A DNA stretch of 64,000 nucleotides from assembly GCA_026982415.1 (NCBI GenBank), contig JALSHE010000034.1:9279-73278 (forward strand), read 5' to 3'. Made by a program: the position numbers and the translations under genes. The DNA comes from Robiginitomaculum sp. GTDB lineage: Bacteria; Pseudomonadota; Alphaproteobacteria; Caulobacterales; Maricaulaceae. Positions 47,986 to 58,906 of this stretch are shown here, piece by piece. The number at the start of each line of letters is the position of its first letter. The first letter of the stretch is position 1. The notes beneath the pieces are model-generated. The model saw only the letters and a program-made list of their open reading frames with translations, did not search any database and was not told the origin of the DNA.

Positions 47986-49470
47986 TTAATCCGCCAGCAT
48001 CTCGCGCACCGCCGCAACAATATCCGCCCTCGCCGCCGTCTTCTGTGCAGGGCGGGAGGATTTCCATTCTGCGTTGGTTTTTATGGCTTTGGCCATTTCG
48101 GCGCCTAGGGCTAGATCTTTTATCGTTACCTCGCCGCGCTCCATTTCGTCACTACCAATAAGCACGGCGAGTTTTACGCCGCGATTATCGGCGTATTTTA
48201 ATTGCTTGCCGACATTGCCTGCGCCGATGAAAACTTCTGTGCGGATGTTTGCGGCGCGCAGTTCTGCGGCGATTTTGAAATATTCGCCCATCAGGGATTT
48301 ATCAAATACACAGATCATGACGGGCGGCTTGCCTGCATTTTCCACCAAGCCCATACGCGACAGGGCTTCGGCAAAGCGCGACACGCCGAAGGAATATCCG
48401 GTGGCGGGCACGGCTTGACCCATAAAGCGCGACACCAGACCGTCATAACGACCACCGCCGCCGACAGAGCCGATACGCACCGGGCGACCTTTCTTATCTT
48501 TGATGTCGGCCAAGAGTTCAGCCTCGAACACAGGGCCGGTATAATAGCCCAGCCCGCGCACGATAGAGGTGTCGAACACCACCCGATCAGGGCCGTAATC
48601 ACAAGCAGTGAGAATATCGTCAATGAGCTTAAGTTCCGTGACTCCTGCCTGACCTTGGCTAGACGACCCCATCAGGACTTCCAGCGTGCGCAGGGTTTCG
48701 CCTCTATCCATGTTGCTGGCCGTGGTGAAACCCAGCACGGCTTTGATGGCGCTTGCATCCAGTTTTGCGCCTTCAGTGAACGCACCGCTATCATCTTTGC
48801 GCCCCTCACCGAGCAAGGCCGCCACACCCTCCGGGCCGAGCCTGTCAAGTTTATCAATAGAGCGCAGGACTTGCAGACGCTGCTCTGCGCCCGCGTCGGT
48901 ATTTGGCACACCTGAGCTTTCCAATATGCCGTCGAGCAATTTTCGGTTATTGGCGCGCACCATATATTGGCCGCGTTTCAGGCCGACCGCAGACATCACA
49001 TCCGCCGCCATCATAATCATTTCGGCGTCCGCAGCCGCACCGGGTGCGCCGACACTATCGGCGTCGCACTGGATAAATTCCCTAAACCGTCCCGGCCCGG
49101 GTTTCTCGTTGCGCCAGACCGAACCCGCCTGATAACGGCGGTAAGGTTTGGGCAGGTCTTGGTAATTCTCCGCCACATAACGCGCCAAAGGTGCAGTATG
49201 GTCATAGCGCAGCGCCATCCACTGTTCGTCGTCGTCGCGCAGAGCAAACACACCCGTATTAGGCCGGTCATCATCAGGCAGAAATTTCCCGAGCGCATCG
49301 GCATATTCGAACGCAGGTGTTTGCAAAGGCTCGAACCCGTGCTTGTCATAAACCGAGAACGCAGCTTCGACCAGGCGTGTTTCAGCCCGTAGCACGTCGG
49401 AGGATTTATCTTCAAACCCGCGTGGTTTTCTGGCTTTAGGCCGCTGAATTTTATTTTTCTTCTTAGACAT
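47986..49470 (-). CDS. hisS: Histidine--tRNA ligase
   Basis: It has class II aaRS motifs (LRYDHTAPLARY, GGGRYDGL) and an anticodon-binding C-terminal domain. Confidence 0.93.
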   Translation of the reverse strand: MSKKKNKIQRPKARKPRGFEDKSSDVLRAETRLVEAAFSVYDKHGFEPLQTPAFEYADALGKFLPDDDRPNTGVFALRDDDEQWMALRYDHTAPLARYVAENYQDLPKPYRRYQAGSVWRNEKPGPGRFREFIQCDADSVGAPGAAADAEMIMMAADVMSAVGLKRGQYMVRANNRKLLDGILESSGVPNTDAGAEQRLQVLRSIDKLDRLGPEGVAALLGEGRKDDSGAFTEGAKLDASAIKAVLGFTTASNMDRGETLRTLEVLMGSSSQGQAGVTELKLIDDILTACDYGPDRVVFDTSIVRGLGYYTGPVFEAELLADIKDKKGRPVRIGSVGGGGRYDGLVSRFMGQAVPATGYSFGVSRFAEALSRMGLVENAGKPPVMICVFDKSLMGEYFKIAAELRAANIRTEVFIGAGNVGKQLKYADNRGVKLAVLIGSDEMERGEVTIKDLALGAEMAKAIKTNAEWKSSRPAQKTAARADIVAAVREMLAD

Positions 49471-49479
49471 AATGGCGTC

Positions 49480-51042
49480 TTAGGACGGTGTGTGGTTTCT
49501 CGCAAGAGCAATTAGTGCAGATGTGGAACTATCGTGCTGATTATCGGTGCCATTTTCCAATTCACCTAAAATAGTGCCAGCCAATTCCTTGCCAAGTTCT
49601 ACCCCCCATTGGTCGAATGCGTTGATGTCCCAGATGATGCTTTGGACGAAGACTTTGTGTTCATAGAGGGCAATCAGTGCGCCGAGTGTGTGGGCGTCTA
49701 GGCGGTTGAGGGCGATGGTGGTTGAGGGGCGGTTTCCGGGGAATGTTTTGTGGGGTGCGAGTGCATCTATATCAGGGGTGCTCATGCCTTTGGCTTTCAG
49801 TTCCGCCCGTACCACAGTTTCGGATTTGCCGCACATCAGGGCTTCGCTTTGGGCAAAGCAATTGGCCAGCAGCGCGCGGTGATGTGCCGGGCGGTTCTCC
49901 GCGTCGGTGAGGACTGCGATGAAATCTACGGGCGCAGATATGGTGCCTTGGTGGAGCTGCTGGAAGAATGCATGTTGGGCATTGGCGCCCTCACCGCCCC
50001 AAATTACGGGGGAAGTGTCTACCGATGCGCCGCCGTCTGTGGCGACTGACTTGCCGTTCGATTCCATTTCTAACTGTTGTAGGAAACTGGGGAGTTTGCG
50101 CAAGCGCCGCGCATAGGGGACAACACAGCGGGTTTTATAGCCCAAGAAGTTCGTGTTCCAAATATCGGTGAGCGCCAACATGGTGGGCAAATTTTTCTCT
50201 AGGGGGGCGGCTTGAAAATGCCCGTCCATAGAGGCTGCGCCAGCCAGCAAATCGTCGAACATGTCCGGGCCGTAAGCCAACTGCAAAGAAAGCCCCACCG
50301 CCGACCACAGTGAAAACCGCCCGCCGACCCAATCCCAAAATTCAAATATTTGCGCCGGGTCGACCCCGAAATTCACCGCTCCGTCTTTATTCGCTGTCAC
50401 CGCAATCATATTGTCGCCAGCAAATTGCCCCAGCCAATCCCGCGCCGCTTCGCTGTTCATGCGGGTCTCCAAGGTGCCGAAAGATTTGGAGACTATCACC
50501 ACCAAAGTCGTGCGTGGGTTCAACCCCACGAGCGCATCATTGATAGACGCCCCGTCGACATTATTGACGAAGCGCAAATCCAGCGCGGGCGAGCCATTTG
50601 CCCTTAACCCATCCGCCAACAAGCGCGGCCCCAAATCAGACCCACCAATACCGATATGCACCACGGCTTGATATTGGCCTTGCGCACATATGTCTTCGGC
50701 AAATTTACGGGTGCGCACCCGCATGTCTTTGACTAGTTTTTGAATTGATTTATCAGTGCTGGACCCGCGCAATGCAGGGTGCAGAACCGCCCGCTTTTCG
50801 GTGAAATTCAGAGGTTTGCCCGCAAATAAATCTGCCCGCTTGCCTACGACATTTTTGTCTTCCGCCAGAGCGAACAATGCCTGCATCACATCCGGCGTTA
50901 TCCGCTGTTTAGAAAAGTCCGCATACATACCGCCCACTTGAAAACTCATACGCGTAGCACGGTTTGCGTCACCCGCGAATATCTCGCTTAGGGTCGGCAA
51001 GCCCGCATCAGCCAGTTTTTGTAATTTCGCCCAATTGTTCAT
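49480..51042 (-). CDS. pgi: Glucose-6-phosphate isomerase
   Basis: It has PGI signatures (HIGIGGSDLGP, FDQWGVELGK). Confidence 0.93.
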   Translation of the reverse strand: MNNWAKLQKLADAGLPTLSEIFAGDANRATRMSFQVGGMYADFSKQRITPDVMQALFALAEDKNVVGKRADLFAGKPLNFTEKRAVLHPALRGSSTDKSIQKLVKDMRVRTRKFAEDICAQGQYQAVVHIGIGGSDLGPRLLADGLRANGSPALDLRFVNNVDGASINDALVGLNPRTTLVVIVSKSFGTLETRMNSEAARDWLGQFAGDNMIAVTANKDGAVNFGVDPAQIFEFWDWVGGRFSLWSAVGLSLQLAYGPDMFDDLLAGAASMDGHFQAAPLEKNLPTMLALTDIWNTNFLGYKTRCVVPYARRLRKLPSFLQQLEMESNGKSVATDGGASVDTSPVIWGGEGANAQHAFFQQLHQGTISAPVDFIAVLTDAENRPAHHRALLANCFAQSEALMCGKSETVVRAELKAKGMSTPDIDALAPHKTFPGNRPSTTIALNRLDAHTLGALIALYEHKVFVQSIIWDINAFDQWGVELGKELAGTILGELENGTDNQHDSSTSALIALARNHTPS

Positions 51043-51071
51043 GACGGCTTTATAAGCGCAAAAGGTTAACT

Positions 51072-53255
51072 CTATTTTGCGTTTTTAGGATTTGCCTTAA
51101 CCAGCGCTTTTTCAATGATTTTATAGGTCAAGATTTGCGGCAATATTTGCGGCACAGCGTCGCCTGCACCCATATCTGTAGTCGGGGCATAGACGAGATA
51201 TAATGGTACGCCGGAACGACCGTGCCGCGCTAGCTCTTTGGTGATTGCCGCGTCGCGCTTTGTCCAATCACCGACCAAAGCTTTAACGCCAAAGCGCTCA
51301 AACAATTCTTGGGTTTTTGGCTTGTTGATAATGCCGATTTCATTGGCTTTACAGGTCACACACCATGCGGCGGTGAAATCTACGAATACTATATGCCCGT
51401 CGGCACGAAGCTCTGCCACCCGCTCAGGCGACCAGACACTTGTCTGCGGGAGGCTCGCCAATTCCTGTTCGCGCTCCGCTACGCCTAAATCTTTCAGCAA
51501 ATACGCGCCCATCATGACGCTTAATACCAAAGCTATTCTCGCGGCAATGCCTTTATATTTCCAAAGCCATATTGCAAATCCGAGCAACAGCATAATGCTC
51601 AATATTCGCAGCACACCACCTGCGCCCGTTTGAATGCTTAAAACCCAGACCAACCAGACGGCGGCGGCGAGCATGGGGAATGCGAGGAATTGTTTAAACG
51701 TGTCCATCCACGGCCCCGGCTTGGGTAATTTCGCTAATAATCCGGGTGAATAGGACAACGCTAAAAATGGCAAAGCAAAACCAGCGCCGAGTGCCATAAA
51801 CACCAGCACCAACATTAAGGCCGATTGCGAGAACGCAAAGCCGAGCGCCCCAGCCATGAACGGCGCGGTACACGGCGTGGCGACCACAACGGCCAGTACG
51901 CCCGTAAAGAACGCCCCCTTGGCACCTCCGCTTGTCGCCAAATCGGAACCGGCATTTTGCAAGCGTCCACCAATTTGGAACATACCAAAGAGATTAAGCG
52001 CGATAATAAAAAACAACAACGCTAACGCCCCGACCAAGACCGGGTTTTGCAATTGAAAGCCCCAACCAATGCCGGCTCCGCCCGCCTTGAGCGCCAAAAT
52101 CAGTGCCGCCAAGGCCAAAAATGACAGCATAACCCCCGCCGTATACAGCCAGCCATGCTTTCGGATAACACGGCGGTCTTCGTGGGCAGCACGGGCAAAA
52201 CCAAGTGCTTTAAGCGACAAAACCGGGAACACGCAGGGCATTAAATTCAAGATAAGCCCGCCGATAAAGGCACCGACTAACGCCGCCCATAACCCTATTG
52301 AGTTCCCAGACCCTCCGCCGGACTTTGCGCCAACCTTAACCGTGCCAATATCAACACGCGCGTCCGTCTGAACATCAACTACAATACCGCGCCTTTGCCA
52401 GCTTCCGTCAATTTTCTCTTCGAACGCCAGCACCGCAGGAAAACTTTTAATCCCGTCCGCAAGCCCGAAGCTAGGCTCTAGTTTAAACCGCAAACCCGTG
52501 TCTCCCCGCAGGGTTATCTGCGCGGCGCCCGCTTCTATCAGGTCTTGCTCATAGGGCAGGAAATACGGGTTTTTGATGCTAGAAAAGTCGAGTGTCCCGC
52601 CCGCAATATCTACTTGTAAAGAGCCGTCGGCCAACACGGCGGAGGCTTGTAGGTTTTCTGGCTTGGGCGCGTTTTTCAGTGTCCGGGAAATATTGGCATC
52701 CCAGCGCCCGTCTTGCACGGATTCCGCGCCCATTTCGGTTATAGCAAGGGGAAGCTCCAGCTCTGCCATTTCGGGTAAACACACCTCGTAGCACACTAGA
52801 TAAGAGGCTTGCGCTTTGATGATAATAACCTGTCCTGGCTTTGCATCTTTGGAAATGTGCAAAGGCATAGGTAGGACGAGACGATCCTCAAAGGCATAGC
52901 TAACAATAGGACCGGTGGAAATAATTTCGGGTAATGGCCAGATAATGTCGCCTATTGCCACTATGCCCGGATCACCCCCTAATTGCTCCTGCCCTAATAT
53001 CTCGAAACGTATTTCAGCAGGCATACCCGGCCCGCCTGCATTGCGCCAATAGGTGTGCCAATGCTCCTCTAAGCGCAAAGATAAAGCAATATGCAAGTCT
53101 TGCCCTGGCGCGGCGCTATCATAAGACGTTACCAATTGCGCCACCGCCCGCCCGGATTTCACAGGCACAGACTCCGCTGCTTGTGGTGAGGGCGCAAACA
53201 AGACGGCCATAAAGGCCAAACATATAATCAAAAAATTCCGCATCAACATTCCCAT
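51072..53255 (-). CDS. DsbD/ScsB-like thiol:disulfide interchange protein
   Basis: It has an N-terminal periplasmic domain, a CcdA-type membrane core (NLMPCVFPVLSLK; VATPCTAPFM) and a C-terminal thioredoxin fold (FTAAWCVTCK). The start is uncertain (Met at 53255, 53249 or 53243), and the long extension to 53375 is unlikely. Confidence 0.83.
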   Translation of the reverse strand: MGMLMRNFLIICLAFMAVLFAPSPQAAESVPVKSGRAVAQLVTSYDSAAPGQDLHIALSLRLEEHWHTYWRNAGGPGMPAEIRFEILGQEQLGGDPGIVAIGDIIWPLPEIISTGPIVSYAFEDRLVLPMPLHISKDAKPGQVIIIKAQASYLVCYEVCLPEMAELELPLAITEMGAESVQDGRWDANISRTLKNAPKPENLQASAVLADGSLQVDIAGGTLDFSSIKNPYFLPYEQDLIEAGAAQITLRGDTGLRFKLEPSFGLADGIKSFPAVLAFEEKIDGSWQRRGIVVDVQTDARVDIGTVKVGAKSGGGSGNSIGLWAALVGAFIGGLILNLMPCVFPVLSLKALGFARAAHEDRRVIRKHGWLYTAGVMLSFLALAALILALKAGGAGIGWGFQLQNPVLVGALALLFFIIALNLFGMFQIGGRLQNAGSDLATSGGAKGAFFTGVLAVVVATPCTAPFMAGALGFAFSQSALMLVLVFMALGAGFALPFLALSYSPGLLAKLPKPGPWMDTFKQFLAFPMLAAAVWLVWVLSIQTGAGGVLRILSIMLLLGFAIWLWKYKGIAARIALVLSVMMGAYLLKDLGVAEREQELASLPQTSVWSPERVAELRADGHIVFVDFTAAWCVTCKANEIGIINKPKTQELFERFGVKALVGDWTKRDAAITKELARHGRSGVPLYLVYAPTTDMGAGDAVPQILPQILTYKIIEKALVKANPKNAK

Positions 53256-53441
53256 AGCCGAGCCAATAAAAAACATAAAGCCCAATCGGCACATATCACA
53301 TAAGTATGATGATGACGTTACGAAGAAGAGGTCGCGCCCATATGGACCACTATAAAATAAAAATTGGTGAAGCAAGTTTGTTCCGCCTCACATTTATCAG
53401 GCACAGTCACTTTAATATATTCGCCCCATGCCGTATATTAT

Positions 53442-53807
53442 TTATATCCATGCCTTGACGTTGGAAAAGTTCTTTTTCCCTTCATGACCCGTTATTGCAA
53501 TATCGCGCGGCTCAAGAATAAGTACACAGACCTCATGCTTTGCATAAGGTTTATGCTCGACGCCTTTTGGCACAACAAACATCTCACCCGGAGCAATATT
53601 TACAGCTCCGCCGCGAAAATCTATCCGCAAATTGCCCGTAATAACTATGAAGACCTCATCCGTGTCCTCATGACTGTGCCAGACAAAATCACCTTTTAAT
53701 TTCTCCAACAAGAATTGCGTACCGTTCATCTCTGCTATGACTTTGGGTTCCCATTGGCACTTAATCAGGCCAAATTTACCTGCAAAATTGATTGATGTAT
53801 ATGCCAT
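53442..53807 (-). CDS. Cupin domain protein
   Basis: It has the cupin motifs WHSHEDTDEVFIVITG and GEMFVVPKGVEH. A GGAG lies upstream of the chosen ATG. Confidence 0.75.
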   Translation of the reverse strand: MAYTSINFAGKFGLIKCQWEPKVIAEMNGTQFLLEKLKGDFVWHSHEDTDEVFIVITGNLRIDFRGGAVNIAPGEMFVVPKGVEHKPYAKHEVCVLILEPRDIAITGHEGKKNFSNVKAWI

Positions 53808-54089
53808 ATTATGCGCTCCAATAAGAACGCATAATATCAATATTTATGTCAGCTTTACATAGATTTAATAAGGTGGTTTGCATTATTATCCAAACCAATG
53901 TAAAGCGTAACCGCTAATCATAGTAGAAATGAAAGGCTCATCACTCGGCACCGTAGTGCCAGCGACAAAATACCCCTGCTAAACACCCCTGCTTATATTG
54001 ACTTAAAATAGGCTCTTTCTTGTGCCGCCCTTTGTAACAATTCTTATGCGGTAGCTGGGACAAGCCCATATTGTTTTCTTGAATACAGT

Positions 54090-56528
<2,439 letters not shown>

Positions 56529-56702
56529 TTAATGGGCGCCCGAATCACCACTTGTTTACGGGATAATATAGGGGAGGTTTGGGGGAATTGCGAGCTAAAT
56601 AGCGGGGTTTTTGCATAGGTAACGCGCATGGGCACAGTGCCAATATTGACAAAATCATTAATCGCGATACTCTCATATGTTGATCGAATAGGTGAAGCAA
56701 CC

Positions 56703-57113
56703 ATGGCAAAAAACATTATCTATTATATCTTATGTTCGCCATTTCTCATTTATGCCTCAATACGGCTATTTGGCAATTTTACACTTTTTGGACAAATTAC
56801 GGGTTGGTTTAAAAGCGAAGCAGGCGCTTTAATAGTCAGCAAAACCACCGAGGGTATGGAAAAGCTCAACCCGCAAGCCTTTATAAAAATCTCTCCGGAG
56901 GCTTATTTGACTTATGTTGCAATTGTTGGGTTAACAATGGCGGTTGGAACGGTCGGCATAATCCTCAAGCAAAATTGGGGGTTTTATTTTATGACTTCTT
57001 ATTGTCTTTTATTCATAGCCGGAATCGTTAATTTTAAGGCCTTCAATTTTAAAGTAGTGATTTTCGCATTCTTAGTTGTTGCTCTCATTATCTTATATTT
57101 TTTGCGAGAATAG
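56703..57113 (+). CDS. Hypothetical small membrane protein
   Basis: It has four hydrophobic segments and an AGGTGA upstream of the ATG at 56703. I recognise no family. Confidence 0.42.
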   Translation: MAKNIIYYILCSPFLIYASIRLFGNFTLFGQITGWFKSEAGALIVSKTTEGMEKLNPQAFIKISPEAYLTYVAIVGLTMAVGTVGIILKQNWGFYFMTSYCLLFIAGIVNFKAFNFKVVIFAFLVVALIILYFLRE

Positions 57114-57205
57114 TAAGGTTAGAATTACCCCGTCTTTGCCTTTTTCAGCCCCACCAAATTAACCCCCCGCTAACCACCAATGCGCAAAAACTGCCCTGCC
57201 CTAAA

Positions 57206-57407
57206 ATTGCCTTATTTGCGCCCTGATTGTGACACGATGGGAGCGCATATAGGTTTTACTGAACGGAAGACATCACAAGGCGCGGGTTTTAGTCCCACAT
57301 TTCCCACCCACCAGCGCTTTGGAAATGAGCTTCCCTTGCCCACATTCCCCACAATGTGGCTCACAATAATGTAGGCTCTGTCGTTTCCCACCGACAGAGC
57401 CTTTTTT
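57206..57407 (+). ncRNA. Candidate sRNA unit 1 (conserved promoter-like block, C-rich hairpins and a Rho-independent terminator)
   Basis: The 64 nt block 57206-57269 is 57/64 identical to 57867-57930 by hand alignment. The terminator AGGCTCTGTCG-TTTCCCAC-CGACAGAGCCT followed by T6 lies at 57373-57407. The block contains TTGTGAC-N11-GCATATAG, which resembles a Caulobacter-type sigma-70 promoter, so the transcript probably starts near 57255. Confidence 0.45.
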
Positions 57408-57462
57408 ATTGCGCTCGACAAACTCTCCCTGCGCCTATTGTTTTCGACATAAGGTCTTGCCC

Positions 57463-57666
57463 TTCATCCTCACCCCGCCTGCGGGGGAGGTGGGCGCCTC
57501 TTGGCGCTCGGAGGGGGAAGCAACTATCGGCACAATAATTTCCTAAGATAATTATCCGGACAGCTTATCTAACTGTTGTATCTCACGTCCTGCATTTGTG
57601 GAGGCTTGTTTCCCCCTCCGCCCCTTAAGAAGGGGCACCTCCCCCACAAGTGGGGTGAGGATGAAG
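57463..57666. repeat. Nested-hairpin palindromic intergenic element (copy A)
   Basis: The left arm is CTTCATCCTCACCCC-gcctgc-GGGGGAGGTG / GGGCGCC-TCTT-GGCGCTC / GGAGGGGGAA. The right arm is TTCCCCCTCC / GCCCC-ttaagaa-GGGGC / CACCTCCCCC-acaagt-GGGGTGAGGATGAAG. A unique AT-rich core of about 90 nt separates them. Confidence 0.72.
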
Positions 57667-57866
57667 AGGGATACTTTTAATGGAACATATTTGAAAATCC
57701 ATATGCAGTGGCTCTGTTCACTGGACAGGCGAGGAAACTTCGTTTTCTTTACGACGATGTGTTGCGTTGCAACAAGCTGTTGGTCGTATAATTTGAACTC
57801 AACAAAACCACGCCTCACATTAACCCGGTGTTAAACACCTTACCAAGAATTAACCTGTGCCACAAT

Positions 57867-58042
57867 ATTGCCTTATTTGCGCCCTCTTTGTGACAAGATG
57901 GGGTGGCAAATAGGTTTTACTGAACGGAAGGCTTAACAAAACACGGTTTTTTCAGCCCCCCAGCCCCCGGGTTTTGGCCTTCCGTTTTTTCCCACGTAAG
58001 AATGCAGGCTCTGTCGTTTCCCACCGACAGAGCCTTTTCTTT
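57867..58042 (+). ncRNA. Candidate sRNA unit 2 (paralogue of unit 1)
   Basis: It shares the conserved 64 nt block with unit 1. A long hairpin AACGGAAGGC...GCCTTCCGTT has an apical C-rich loop (CAGCCCCCCAGCCCC). The terminator hairpin is identical to that of unit 1 (58006-58035) and is followed by a T-rich tail. Confidence 0.45.
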
Positions 58043-58051
58043 GGGGCGTCC

Positions 58052-58672
58052 TTAATGCGCCTTATTCACCCGCCGCATGGTCAAATTTATCCGTCCGCCC
58101 ATTGGCACCAGTGTGCTTCTCCCATAGAATATTTTGTCTACGCCGTGATAACAGCGCCTTGCTTCGCCCGCCAGCACGACGACATCGCCGCTGGAAAGTT
58201 TTAGGCTGTGGGTTTTTCCGCCGCGTTTTTGGCCACCTATTCTGTACCGCGCCGGGTCACCTAGGCTGATGGAGACGATGGGCGCGCCGAGGTCGTATTC
58301 GTCCCTGTCCACATGCATCCCCATTTTATTGCCCTCTCTGTACCAGTTAATCAGGCAAGCTTCGGGCGGGGCGGGGTAATTTGTTAGGTCGTCCCATATA
58401 TCGAGGAGGGCTTGCGGCATAGGAGGCCACGGCTTGCCCGTCTTGGGGTGGAGAGGTTGGTAGCGGTAGCCTTTAATATCCGCCACCCAACCAAGCGGTC
58501 CGAAATTACTGCCGACCACGGAAATCGGCACACCCGTGCGCGGCATCCGGCCTTGGAAAAACGGTGCATTTCCGCGCGCCGCATCTGTCACCGCCGCCAG
58601 CAAATCCACCTGCGCCGCACGGTCGAAATATTCGGGATAATAAGCGAATCCATTTGGGAGTTGAGTTGTCAT
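58052..58672 (-). CDS. alkB: Alpha-ketoglutarate-dependent dioxygenase AlkB
   Basis: It has the Fe(II)/2OG motifs MHVDRD (HxD), CYHGV and RINLTMR. I chose the ATG at 58672 rather than the TTG at 58687. Confidence 0.85.
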   Translation of the reverse strand: MTTQLPNGFAYYPEYFDRAAQVDLLAAVTDAARGNAPFFQGRMPRTGVPISVVGSNFGPLGWVADIKGYRYQPLHPKTGKPWPPMPQALLDIWDDLTNYPAPPEACLINWYREGNKMGMHVDRDEYDLGAPIVSISLGDPARYRIGGQKRGGKTHSLKLSSGDVVVLAGEARRCYHGVDKIFYGRSTLVPMGGRINLTMRRVNKAH

Positions 58673-58906
58673 GCTAAAACCTAGCAAATATCGCAGATAA
58701 ATAAAACAATGTTTTTACTTTGTTCTTTAACATTTGCCGCTTGCGCAAAAAAAATTGCGACAATTTCACCTAAACTGTTCCCAAACCCTTGCAGGTGCGA
58801 TTTCAAGCCCCATATGGGCGCTAACGGGTAATAATAATGCCCATTTATTTATGATACAAATTGCGGACTTTCGGACACGTTTTACCCGCACAAAAGGAGA
58901 AAAATT

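Noticed and set aside
57258-57296. An EcfG/SigT-type general-stress promoter (GGAAC-N16-17-CGTT) in the conserved sRNA block, where GAAC ... CGG(G)TT is present in both units.
   Set aside because: The upstream element is TGAAC rather than GGAAC. The spacing to the GTT is about 20-21 nt in both copies, which is too long for the consensus.
57326-57370. A 14-codon ORF (MSFPCPHSPQCGSQ) inside sRNA-like unit 1.
   Set aside because: It has no convincing SD and no counterpart in the paralogous unit 2. The similarity between the units lies outside it.
57820-57834. A perfect CtrA-box-like TTAA-N7-TTAA upstream of sRNA-like unit 2.
   Set aside because: It is a single occurrence of an 8-base AT-rich motif, and about one or more is expected by chance in 64 kb. 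Unit 1 has no equivalent. I mention it only as context.
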